Below are positions 11,245-26,200 of a DNA stretch of 64,000 nucleotides, piece after piece (within the stretch, counting starts at the first letter, position 1; each line of letters opens with the position of its first letter). The notes under the pieces are model-generated. The model was not told the DNA's origin. It made no database searches and was given only the letters and a program-made list of their open reading frames with translations. Both the position numbers and the translations under genes were made by a program. The stretch is from Eledone cirrhosa. Taxonomy: Eukaryota. The stretch covers positions 236,158,001 to 236,222,000 of the forward strand of contig OZ024740.1 in the NCBI GenBank assembly GCA_964016885.1. Reading direction: 5' to 3'.

Positions 11245-14200
11245 TTAACAATGTAACCACCATATAGCTAACTGGTATATTGCTATTTCTGCAATTTAAC
11301 AATGTAACCACTCTACAGCTAACTGTATATTGCTAATTCTACAATTTAACAATGTATCGACTCTATAGCTAACTGGTATATTGCTAATTGTACAATTTAA
11401 AAATGTAACCACTTTACAGCTAAATGGTATATTGCTAACTCTACAATTTAACAATGTATCCACTCTATAGCTAACTGGCATATTGCTAACTCTACAATTT
11501 AACAATGTATCCACTCTATAGCTAAGTGGCATATTGCTAATTTAACAATGTAACCACTCTATAGCTAACTGGTATATTGCTAATTCTACAATTTATCAAT
11601 GTAACCACTCTGGTATATTGCTAATTCTACAATTTAACAATGTTACCCCTACAGCTAACTGTTATATTGCTAATTCTACAATTTTACAATGTAACCCCTA
11701 CAGCTAAATGGTATATTGCTAATTCTACAATTTAACAATGTAACCACTAGAGCTAACTGGTATATTGCTAATTCTACAATTTAACAATGTAACCACTCTG
11801 GTATATTGCTAATTCTACAATTTAACAATGTAACCACTTTATAGCTAACTGATGTATTGCTAATTTAACAATGTAACCAATCTATAGCTAACTGGTATAT
11901 TGCTAATTCAACAATTTAACAATGTAACCACTCAATAGCTCACTGGGATATTGCTAATTCTACAATTTAACAATGTAACAACTCTATAGCTCACTGGTAT
12001 ATTGCTAATTCTACAATTTAACAATGTAACCACTCTACAGCTAACTGGTATATTGCTAATTCTACAATTTACCAATGTAACCTCTATATTTCTAACTGGT
12101 ATATTGCTAATTCTACAATTTAACAATGTAACCAATATAGCTAACTGGTATATTGCTAATTCTAAAATTTCACAATGAAACCACTCTATAGCTAACTGGT
12201 ATATTGCTAATTCTACAATTTAACAATGTAACCACTCTATAGCTAACTGGTATATTGCTAATTCTACAATTTAAAAATGTAACCACTCTATAGCTAACTG
12301 GTATATTGCTAATTCTACAATTTATAAATGTAACCACTCTATAGCTAACTGGTATATTGCTAATTCTACAATTTAAAAATGTAACCACTCTATAGCTAAC
12401 TGGTATATTGCTAATTCTACAATTTAAAAATGTAACCACTCTATAGCTAACTGGTATATTGCTAATTCTACAATTTAAAAATGTAACCACTCTATAGCTA
12501 ACTGGTATATTGCTAATTCTACAATTTAAAAATGTAACCACTCTATAGCTAACTGGTATATTGCTAATTCTACAATTTAAAAATGTAACCACTCTATAGC
12601 TCACTGGTATATTGCTAATTCTACAATTTAACAATGTAACCATTATAGCTAACTGGTATATAGCTAATTCTAAAATTTCACAATGAAACCACTCTATAGC
12701 TAACTGGTATATTGCTAATTCTACAATTTAACAATGTAACCACTCTATAGCTAACTGGTATATTGCTAATTCTACAATTTAAAAATGTAACCACTCTATA
12801 GCTAACTGGTATATTGCTAATTCTACAATTTAAAAATGTAACCACTCTATAGCTAACTGGTATATTGCTAATTCTACAATTTAAAAATGTAACCACTCTA
12901 TAGCTAACTGGTATATTGCTAATTCTACAATTTAAAAATGTAACCACTCTATAGCTAACTGGTATATTGCTAATTCTACAATTTAAAAATGTAACCACTC
13001 TATAGCTCACTGGTATATTGCTAATTCTACAATTTAACAATGTAACCACTATAGCTAACTGGTATATAGCTAATTCTAAAATTTCACAATGAAACCATTC
13101 TACAGCTAACTGGTATATTGCTAATTCTACAATTTAACAATGCAACCACTCTACAGCTAACTGGTATATTGCTAATTCTACAATTTAACAATGCAACCAC
13201 TCTATAGCTAACTGGTATATTGCTAATTCTACAATTTAAAAATGTAACCACTCTATAGCTCACTGGTATATTGCTAATTCTACACTTTAACAATGTAACC
13301 ACTATAAAGCTAACTGGTATATTGCTAATTCTACAAATTAACAATGTAACCACTAAAGCTGACTGGTATATTGCTAATTCTACAATTTAACAATTTAACC
13401 ACACTACAGCTAACTGGTATATTGCTAATTCTACTATTTAACAATGTAAACACTCTATAGCTAACTGGTATATTGCTAATTCTACAATTTAACAATGAAG
13501 CCATTCTACAGCTAACTGGTATATTGCTAATTCTACAATTTAACAATGCAACCATTCTACAGCTAACTGGTATATTGCTAATTCTACAATTTAACAATGC
13601 AACCACTCTACAGCTAACTGGTATATTGCTAATTCTACAATTTAACAATGCAACCACTCTACAGCTAACAGGTATATTGCTAATTCTACAAGTAAACAAT
13701 GCAACCACTCTACAGCTAACTGGTATATTGCTAATTCTACAATTTAACAATTAAAACACTATAGCTAACTGGTATATTGCTAATTCTACAATTTAACAAA
13801 GTAACCTCTATATAGCTAACTGGTATATTGCTAATTCTACAATTTAACAATGTAACCACTCTACAGCTAACTAGTATATAGTTAATTCTACAATTTAAAA
13901 ATGTAACCACTCTATAGCTAACTGGTATATTGCTAATTCTACAATTTAAAAATGTAACCACTCTATAGCTAATTGGTATATTGCTAATTCTACAATTTAA
14001 AAATGTAACCACTCTATAGCTCACTGGTATATTGCTAATTCTACAATTTAACAATGTAACCACTATAGCTAACTGGTATATAGCTAATTCTAAAATTTCA
14101 CAATGAAACCACTCTACAGCTAACTGGTATATTGCTTATTCTACAATTTCACAATGTAACCACTCCACAGCTAATTGGTATATTTCTGATTCTACAATTT

Positions 14201-17200
14201 AACAATTTAACCACTCTATAACTAACTAGTATATTGCTAATTCTCCAATTTAACAATATAACCACTAAAGCTAACTGCTATATTGCTAATTCTACAATTT
14301 AACAATGTAACCACTCTATAGCTAACTGGTATATTGCTAATTCTAAAATTTAACAATGTAACCACTCTATAACTAACTGGTATATTACTAATTCTACAAT
14401 TTAACAATGTAACCACTCTACAGCTAAATAGTATATAGCTAATTCTACAATTTAACAATGTAACCACTCTACAACTAACTGGTATATTGCTAATTCTACA
14501 ATTTAACAATGTAACCTCTCTATAGCTAAATGGTATATTTCTAATTCTATAATTTAACAATGGAACCACTCTACAGCTAACTGGTATATTGTTCATTTAA
14601 CAATGTAACCTCTCTATAACTAACTGGTATATTGCTAATTCTACAATTTAACAATGTAACCACTCTATAGCTAACTGGTATATTGCTAGTCCTACAATTT
14701 AACAATGTAAACACTCTATAGCTAACTGGTATATTTCTAATTCTACAACGTATCAATGTAACTCCTACAGCTAACTGGTATATTGCTAATTCTACAAATT
14801 AACAATGTAACCACTCTGGTATATTGCTAATACTACAAATTAACAATGTAACCACTTTGGTATATTGCTAATTCTACAATTTAACAATGTAACCACGCTA
14901 CAGCTAACTGCTATATTGCTAATTTAACAATGTAACCAATCTATAGCTAACTGGTATATTGCTAATTCTACAATTTAACAATGTAACCACTCTACAGTTA
15001 ACTGGTATATTGCTTATTCTACAATTTAACAATGTAACCACTCTATAGCTAACTGGTATATAGCTAATTCTACAATTTAACAATATAACCACTTCAGAAA
15101 TAACTGATGTATTGCTAATTTTACAATTTAAGACCACTCTATAGCTAACTGGTATATTGCTAATTCTACGATTTAACAATGTAACCACTCTATAGCTCAT
15201 TGGTATATTGCTAATTCTACAATTTAACAATGTAACCACTCTATAGCTAACTGGTATATTGCTAATTCTACAATTTTCCAATATAACCTCTCTATTTCTA
15301 ACTGGTATATAATTAATCCTAAAATTTAACAATGTAACCACTCTATTTCTAACTGGTATATTGCTAATTCTACAATTTAACAATGTAACCACTATAGCTA
15401 ACTGGTATATAGCTAATTCTAACATTTCACAATGAAATCACTCTACAGCTAACTGGTATATTGCTACTTCTACAATTTAACAATGTAACACCTCTATAGC
15501 AAACTGATGTATTGCAAATTCTACAATTTAACCACTCTATAGCTAAATGCTATATTGCTAATCCTAAAATTTAACAATGTAAAGACTCTATAGCTAACTG
15601 GTATATTGCTAATTCTACAAATTAACAATGTAACCAATCTTTTATATTGCTAATTCTACAAATTAACAATGTAACCACTCTATAGCTCACTGGTATATTG
15701 CTAATTCTAAAATTTAACAATGTAACCATTCTATCGCTAATTGGTATATTGCTAATTCTACAATTTAACAATGTAACACCTCTATAGCTAACTGGTATAT
15801 TGCTAATTCTACAATTTAACAATGTAACCACTATAGCTAACTGCTATATTGCTAATTCTACAATTTAAAAATGTAACCACTCTGTTTTACTGGTATATTC
15901 CTAATTCTAAAATTTAACAATGTAACCACTCTACAGCTAACTTGTATATTGCTAATTCTACAATTTAACAATGTAACCACTCTACAGCCAACTGGTATAT
16001 TGCTAATTCTACAATTTAACAATGCATCCACTCTATTTCTAACTGGTATATTGCTAATTCTAAAGGTTAACAATGTTATCAATCTACAGCTAACTGGTAT
16101 ATTGTTAATTCTACAATTTAACTATGTAACCTACTCTACAGCTAACTGGTATATTGCTAATTCTACAATTTAACAATGTAACCACTCTACAGCTAACTGG
16201 TATATTGCTAATTTTACAATTTACCAATATAACCTCTCTATTTCTAACTGGTATATATTTAATTCTAAAATTTAACAATGTAACCACTCTACAGCTAACT
16301 GGTATATTGCTAATTCTACAATTTACCAATATAACCTCTCTATTTCTAACTGGTATATTGCTAATTCTACAATTTAACAATGTAACAAATACAGCTAACT
16401 GGTAAATAGCTAATTCTAACATTTCACAATGAAACCATTCTAGAGCTAACTGGTATATTGCTTTTTCTACAATTTAACAATGTAACCACTCTATAGCTAA
16501 CTGGAATATTGGTAGTTCTACAATTTAACAATGTAACCACTAAAGCTGGCTGGTATATTCCTCATTCTACAATTTAACAATTTAAACACTCTATAGCTAA
16601 CTGTTATATTTCTAATTCTACAATTTAACAATTTAACCACTTTATAACTAACTTGTATATTGCTAATTCTACAATTTAACAATGTAACCACTTTAGCTAA
16701 CTGGTATATTGCTAATTCTACAATTTAACAATGTAACCATTATATAGCTAACTGGTATATTGCTAATTCTACAAATTAACAATGTAACCACTAAAGCTGG
16801 CTGGTATATTCCTCATTCTACAATTTAACAATGTAAACACTTTATAGCTAACTGGTATATTGCTAATTCTACAATTTAAAAATGTAACCACTCTATTTTT
16901 TACTGGTATATTGCTAATTCTACAATTTAACAATGTAACCACTCCATAGCCAACCGATATATGGCTAATTCTACAATTTAAAAATGTAACCACTCTATAG
17001 CTAACTGGAATATTGCTACTTCTAAAATTTAACAATGTAACACTTCTAAAGCTAACTGGTATATTTCAAATTCTACAATTTAACAATTTAACCACTTTAT
17101 AACTAACTTGTATATTGCTAATTCTACAATTTAACAATTTAACCACTTTATAACTAACTGGTATATTGTTAATTCTACAATTTAACTATGTAACCTACTC

Positions 17201-20200
17201 TACAGCTAACTGGTATATTGCTACTTCTACAATTTAACAATGTAACCACTCTACAGCTTACTGGTATATTGCTAATTCTACAATTTAACAATGTAACCAC
17301 TATAGCTAACTGCTATATTGCTAATTCTACAATTTAAAAATGTAAACTCTATTTTTTAATGGTATATTCCTAATTCTAAAAATTAACAATGTAACCACCC
17401 TACAGCTAACTTGTATATTGCTAATTCTACAATTTAAATATGTAACCACTCTACAACTAACTGGTATATTGCTAATTCTACAATTTAACAATGTAACCAA
17501 TCTACAGCTAACTGTTATATTGCTAATTTTACAATTTAAATATGTAACAACTCTACATCTAACTGGTATGTTGCTAATTCTTAACAATGTAACCACTCTA
17601 CAGCTAACTGGTATATTGCTAATTCTACAATTTAACAATGTAACCTGTCTACAGCTAAGTGGTATATTGCTAATTCTAAAATGTAACAGTGTAACCACTC
17701 TGGTATATTGGCAATTCTACAATTTAACAATGTAACCTCTCTATAGCTAACTGGTATATTTCTAATTCTACAATTTAACAATTTAACCACTCTATAGCTA
17801 ACTGGTATATAGCTAATTCTACAATTTAATAATGAGTCCACTCTACAACTAACTGGTATATTGCTAATTCTACAATTTAACAATGTAACCACACTACAGC
17901 TAACTGGTATATTGCTAATTATACAATTTACCAATGTAAACTCTCTATTTCTAACTGGTATATAGTTAATTCTAAAATGTAACAATGTAACCACTCTATT
18001 TCTAACTGGTATATTGCTAATTCTACAATTTAACAATGTAACCACTCTACAGCTAAATAGTATATATCTAATTCTACAATTTAACAATGTAAACACTCTA
18101 CAACTAACTGGTATATTGCTAATTCTACAATTTAACAATGTAACGACTCGACAGCTAACTGGTATATTTCTAATTCTACAATTTAACAATTTAACCACTC
18201 TATAGCTAACTGGTATATTGCTAATTCTAAAGGTTAACAATGTTATCACTCTACAGCTAACTAGTATATTGCTAATTCTATAATTTAACAATGTAACCAC
18301 TCTACAGCTAAATAGTATATAGCTAATTCTACAATTTAGCAATGTAACCACTCTATAGCTAACTGGTATATTGCTAATTCTACAATTTAACAATGTAACC
18401 ACTCTATAGCTAACTGGTATATTGCTTATTCTACAATTTAACAATGTAACCACTCTATAGCTAACAGGTATATTGCTAATTCTACAATATAAAAATTTAA
18501 CCACTGAATAGCTTACTGATATATTGCTAATTCTACAATTTAACAATGTAACATCTCTATAGCTAACTGGTATATTGCTAATTCTACAATTTAACGATTT
18601 AAACACTCTATACCTAACTGGTATATTTCTAATTCTACAATTTAACAATTTAACCACTTTATAACTAACTGGTATATTGCTAATTCATAAAATTAAATAT
18701 GTAACCACCTTACAACTAACTGGTATATTGCTAATTCTACAACTTAACAATGTAACCAATCTACAGCTAACTGTTATATTGCTAATTTTACAATTTAAAT
18801 ATGTAACCACACTACAACTAACTGGTATATTGCTAATTCTACAATTTAACAATGTAATCACTCTACAGCTAACTGGTATATTGCTAATTCTACAATTTAA
18901 CAATGTAACCACTCTACAGCTAAATGGTTTCTTGCTAATTCTACAATTTAAAAGATAACTGGTATATTGCTAATTCTACATTTTAATAGCTAACTGGTAT
19001 ATTGCTAATTCTACAATTTAACAATGGAACCACTCTAGAGCTAACTGGTATATGGCTAATTCTATATTTTAACAATGTAACCACTCTACAGCTAACTGTT
19101 ATATTTCTAATTCTACAATTTAACAATGTAACTACTATAGCTAACTGGGGTATTGCTAACTCTACATTTTAACAATGTAACCACTCTAAACCTAATTGGT
19201 ATATTGGTAATTCTACAATTTAACAATGTAACGAAACTACAGCTAACTGGTATATTGCTAATTCTACAATTTAACAATGTAACCACTCTAAACCTAACTG
19301 GTATATTGCTAATTCTACAATTTAACAATGTAACCACTCTACAACTAACTGGTATATTGCTAATTCTACTATTAAACAATTTAACCACTCTACAGCTAAC
19401 TAATATATTGCTAATTCTACAATTTAATAATGTAACCACTCTCCAGCTAATTGGAATATTGCTAATTCTACAATTTAACAATGTAACACTCTACTGCTAA
19501 CTGCTATATTGCTAATTCTACAATTTAACAATGTAACCATACTATAGCTAACTGGTATATTGCTGATTCTATCATTTAACAATGTAACCACTATAGGTAA
19601 CTGATATATTGCTAATTCTACAATTTAACAATATAACCACTATAGTTAACTGGTATATTGCAAATTCTATAATTTAACAATGTAACCACTCTAGAGCTAA
19701 CTGGTGTATTGCTAATTCTACAATTTAACAATATAACCACTATAGTTAAATGGTATATTGCTAATTCTACAATTTAACTATGTAACCACTCTAAAGCTAA
19801 CTGGTATATTGCTACTTCTACAATTTAACAGCTAACTGGTATATTGCAAATTATACATTTTAACAATGTAACCACTCTACAGCTAACTGGTATATTGCTA
19901 AGTCTACAATTTAACAATGTAACCACTCTACAGCTAACTGGTATATTGCTAAGTCTACAATTTAACAATGTAACCACTATAGCTAACTGGTATATTGCTA
20001 ATTCTATAATTTAACAATGTAACAACTCTACAGCTAACTTGTATATTGCTAATTCTATAATTTAACAATGTAACCACTCTATTTCTAACTGGTATATTGC
20101 TAATTCTACAATCTAACAATGAAACCACTCTACAGCTAACTGGTATATTGCTAATTCTACAATTGAACGACATAACCACTCTACAGCTAACTGGTATATT

Positions 20201-23200
20201 GCTAATTCTACAATTTAACAATGTAAACACAATAGCTAACTGGTATATTGTTAATTCTACAATTTAAGAATTTAACCACTATAGCTAACCGGTATATTGC
20301 TAATTCTACAATTTAACAATGTAACAACTTTATAGCTAACTGGTGTATTGCTAATTCTACACTTTAACAATGAAACCACTCTACAGCTAACTTTTATATT
20401 GCTAATTCTACAATTTAACAGCTAACTGCTATATTGCTAATTTTACAATTTAACAGCTAACTGGTATATTGATACTTCTAGGATTTAACAATGTAACCAC
20501 TCCACAGCTAACTGGTATATTGCTACTTCTACAATTTAACAATGGAACCACTCTACAGCTAACTGGTATATTGCTAATTCAACACTTTAATAGCTAACTG
20601 GTATATTTCTAATTCTACAATTCTACAATGTAACCAATCCTCAAATAACTGGTATATTGCTAATTCTACAATTTAACACTGTAACCACTATAGCTTACTG
20701 GTATATTGCTAATACTACAATTTAACAATGTAACCATTCTATAGCTAACTGGTATATTGCTGATTAAACAATTTAACAATGTAACCACTCTATAGCTAAC
20801 TGGTATATTGCTAATTCTACAATTTAACAAATTAACCACTCTAGAGCTAACAGGAATATTGCTAACTTTACAATTTAACAGCTAACTGATATATTGCTAA
20901 TTCTACAATTTAACAGCTAACTGGTATATTGATAACTCTACAATTCAACAATGTAACCACTCTACAGCTAACTGGTATATTGGTAATTCTACAATTTAAC
21001 AATATAACCACACTATATCTAACTGGTATATTGCTAATTCTACAATTTAACAATGTAACCATTCTACAGCTAACTGGTATATTGGTAATACTACAATTTA
21101 ACAATGTAACCACTATAGCTAACTGGTATATTGCTAATTCTACAATTTAACAATGTCACACTCTATAGCTAACTGGTGTATTGTAAATCCTACAATTTAA
21201 CAATATAACCACTCTATAGCTAACTGGTATATTGCTAATTCTACAATTTAACAATGTACTACTCTACAGCTAAGTGGTATATTGCTTATTCTACAATTTA
21301 TCAATGTAACCACTACAGCTAACTGGTATATTGCTAATTCTACAATTTTAAAACTAACTGTTATATTGCCAATTCTACAATTTAACAGCTAACTGGTATA
21401 TTGATAATTCTACAATATAACAGCTAACTGATATATTGCTAATTCTACAATTTAACAATGTAACCAATCTACAGCTAATGGTATATTGCTAATTCTACAA
21501 TTTAACAATATAACCACTCTACAGTGAACTGGTATATTGCTACTTCTACAATGTAACAATGGAACCACTCTACAGCTAGCCGGTATATTGCTAATTCTAC
21601 AATTTAACAGCTAACTGGTATATTGCTAATTCTACAATATAACAGCTAACTGGTATATTGCTAATTCTACAATTTAACAATGTAACCACTCTACAGCTAA
21701 CTTGTATATTGCTAATTCTACAATTTAACAATGTAACCAATCCTCAAGTAATTGGTATAGTGCTAATCCTACAATGTAACAATGTAATCACTATAGCTAA
21801 CTGGTAATAGCTAATTCTACAATTTAACAATGTAACCAATATAGCTAACTGCTATGTTGCTAATTCTACACTTTAACAATGTAACCACTCTGTAACCACT
21901 CTGTAACTAACTGGTATATTGCTAATTCTACATTTTAACAATGTAACCGCTGCACAGCTAACTGGTATATTGCTAATTCTGCAATTTAACAATGTAAACA
22001 TTCTGTATATTGGCAATTCTACAATATAACAGTTTAACCACTCTATAGCTAACTGGTATATTGATAATTCTACAATTTAACAACTGACTGGTATATTGAT
22101 AATTCTACAATTTAACAGCTAACTCTTATATTGATAATTCTACAATTTAACAATGTAACCACTCTACAGCTATCTGGTATATTGCTAATTCTACAATTTA
22201 ACAGCTAACTGCTATATTGCTAATTCTACAATTTACCAGCTAATTGCTATATTGCTACTTCTACAATTTAACAATGGAACCACCCTACTGCTAACTGGTA
22301 TATTGCTAATCGTACACTTTAATAGCTAATTGGTATATTTCTAATTCTATAATTTAACAATATAACCACTACAGCTAACTGGTATATTGATAATCCTACA
22401 GCTAACTGTTATATTGCTAATTCTACAATTTAACAATGTAACCTCTACAGCTAACTGGTATATTGCTAATTCTACAATTTAACAATGTAACCACTATAGC
22501 TAACTGGTATATTGCTAAATCTACAATTTACTAATGTAACCACTCGATAGCTAACTGGTATATTGTTAAAACTACAATTTAACAATATAACCTGTCTACA
22601 GCTAACTGGTGTATTGATAATTCTACAATTTAACAATGTAACAATTCTACAGCTGACTCGTATATTGCTAATTCTCCAATTTAACAATGTTATCACTCTA
22701 CAGTTAACTGGTATATTGCTAATTCTGCAATTTAACAATGTAACCACTTTACGGCTAACTGGTATCTTGCTAATTCTCCAATTTAACAATGTAACCATTC
22801 TACAGCTAACTGGTATATTGCTAATCTTACAATTTAACAGCTAACTGGTATATTGCTTATCGTACAATTTAACAATGTAACCACTACACCTAACTATTAT
22901 ATTACTAATTCTACAATTTAACAATGTAACCACTACAGCTAACGGGTATATTTTCTAATTCTACAAATTAACAATGTAACCACTCTACAGCAAATTGGTA
23001 TATTGTTAATTCTACAATTTAACAATGTCACAAATCTATAGCTATCAGGTATATTGCTAATTCTACAATTTAACAATGAACCCACACTATAGCGAACTGG
23101 TATATTGCTAATTTAACAATGTAACCACTCAACAGCTAACTGGTATATTGCTAATTCTACAATTTAACAATGTAACCACTATAGCTAATTGGTATATTGC

Positions 23201-26200
23201 TAATTCTATAATTTAACAATGTAACCACTACAGCTAACAGGTATATTGCTACTTCTACAATTATACAATGTAACCATTCTAGAGCTAAGTGGTATATTGC
23301 TAATGCTACAATTTAACAATTTAACAGCTAACTGGTGTATTCCCAATCGTACAATTTAACAATTTAACCACTTTACAGCTAACTGGTATATCGAGTATTT
23401 TCCAATTTAACAATGCAACCACTCAACAGCTAATTGGTATATTGCTAATTCTACAACTTGTCCACTTTACAGCTTACTGGTATATTGCTAATTCTACAAT
23501 TTACCAATGAAACCACTCTATAGCTAACTGGTATATTGCTAACTCTACAATTTAACAATGGAACCACTCTACAGCTAACTGGTATATTGCTAATTCTATA
23601 ACTTAACAATGTAACCATTACATCTAACTGGTATATTGCTGATTCTACAATTTAATAATGTAACCACTACAGCTAACTGGTATATTGCTAATTCTACAAT
23701 TTAACAATGTAACCACTACAGCCAACTTGTATATATCTAATTCTACAATTCAACAATGTCACCACTACAGCTAACTCTTATATTGTTAATTCTACAATTT
23801 AACAACGTAACCACTATACAGCTAACTGGTTTATTGCTAATTCTATAATTTAACAATATAACCACTACAGCTAACTGGTATATTGATAATTGTACAATTT
23901 AACAATGTAACCACTCTACAGCTAACTGTTATATTGCTAATTCTACAATTTAACAATGTAACCTCTACAGCTAACTGGTATATTGCTAATTCTACAGCTT
24001 AACAATGTAACCACTATAGCTAACTGGTATATTGCTAAATCTACAATTTGCTAATGTAACCACTCGACAGCTAACTGGTATATTGTTAAAACTACAATTT
24101 AACAATGTAACCACTCGATAGCTAACTGGTATATTACTAATTCTACAATTTAACAACGTAACCTCTCTATAGCTAACTGGTATATTGCTAATTATACAAG
24201 TTAACAATTTAACAGCTAACTGGTATATTGCAAATCGTACAATTTAACAATGTAACCTGTCTACAGCTAACTGGTGTATTGATAATTCTACAATTTAACA
24301 ATGTAACAATTCTACAGCTGACTTGTATATTGCTAATTCTCCAATTTAACAATGTTATCACTCTACAGTTAACTGGTATATTGCTAATTCTACAATTTAA
24401 GAATGTAACCACTTTACGGCTAACTGGTATCTTGCTAATTCTCCAATTTAACAATGTAACCATTCTACAGCTAACTGGTATATTGCTAATCATACAATTT
24501 AACAGCTAACTGGTATATTGCTAATCGTACAATTTAAAAATGTAACCACTACACCTAACTATTATATTATTAATTCTACAATTTAGCAATGTAACCACTA
24601 CAGCTAACGGGTATATTTTCTAATTCTACAAATTAACAATGTAACCACTCTACAGCAAATTGGTATATTGTTAATTCTACAATTTAACAATGTCACAGAT
24701 CTATAGCTATCAGGTATATTGCTAATTCTACAATTTAACAATGAACCCATACTATAGCGAACTGGTATATTGCTAATTTGACAATGTAACCACTATAGCT
24801 AATTGGTATATTGCTAATTCTATAATTTAACAATGTAACCACTACAGCTAATAGGTATATTGATAATTCTACAATTTAACAATTTAACCACTTTACAGCT
24901 AACTGGTATATTGAGTATTTTCCAAGTTAACAATGCAACCACTCAACAGCTAATTGGTATATTGCTAATTCTACAATTTAACAATGTAACCATTCAACAG
25001 CTAACTGGTATATTGCTAAATCTACAATTTAACAACTTAACCACTTTACAGCTAACTGGTTTATTGCTAATTCTACAATTTAACTATGTAACCACTATAC
25101 CTTACTGGTATATTGCTAATTCTACAATTTACCAATGAAACCACTCTATAGCTAACTGGTATATTGCTAACTCTACAATTTAACAATGGAACGACTCCAC
25201 AGCTAACTGGTATATTGCTAATTCTACAATTTAATAACGTAACCACTCTACAGCTAATTTGTATATTGCTAATTCTATAACTTAACAATGTAACCATTAC
25301 AACTAACTGGTATATTGCTAATTCTACAATTTAACAATGTAACCATTACAGCTAACTGGTATATTGCTAATTCTACAATTTAACAATGTAACCACTATAG
25401 CTAATTGGTATATTGCTAATTCCATAATTTAACAATGTAACCACTACAGCTAATAGGTGAATTGCTAATTCTACAATTTAACAATGTAACCACTATAGCT
25501 AATTGGTATATTGCTAATTCTACAATTTAACAATGTAACCACTCTACAGCTAATTGGTATATTGCTAATTCTACAATTTAACAATGTAACCACTCTACAG
25601 TTAACTGGTATATTGCTAATTCTACAATTTAATAATGTCACCACTCTACAGCTAACTGGTATATTGCTAATTCTATAAGTTAACAATGTTTACCAGTGTA
25701 TTGCTAACTGGTATATTGCTAGTGCTGCAATTTAACAATTTAACAGCTAACTGGTGTAATGCTAATCGTACAATTTAACAATTTAACCAATCTACAGCTA
25801 ACTGGTATATTGCTAATTCAGAATTTAACGATGTAACCACTACAGCTACCTGGTATATTGCTAATTCTACAATTTTACAATGTAACCACTATAGCTAACT
25901 GGTATATTGCTAATTCTATAATTTAACAATGTAACCACTCTATAGCTAACTGGTATATTGCTAATTCTACAATTTAACAATGTAACCACTATAGCTAACT
26001 GGTATATTACTAATTCTATAATTTAACAATGTAACAACTACAGCTAACTGGTATATTGCGTATTCTACAATTTAACAATGTAAACACTCTACAGCTAACT
26101 GGTATATTGATAATTCTACAATTTAACAATGTAACAAATATAGCTAACTGGTATATTGCTAATTCTACATTTTAACAATGTAACCCCTCTACAGCTAACC

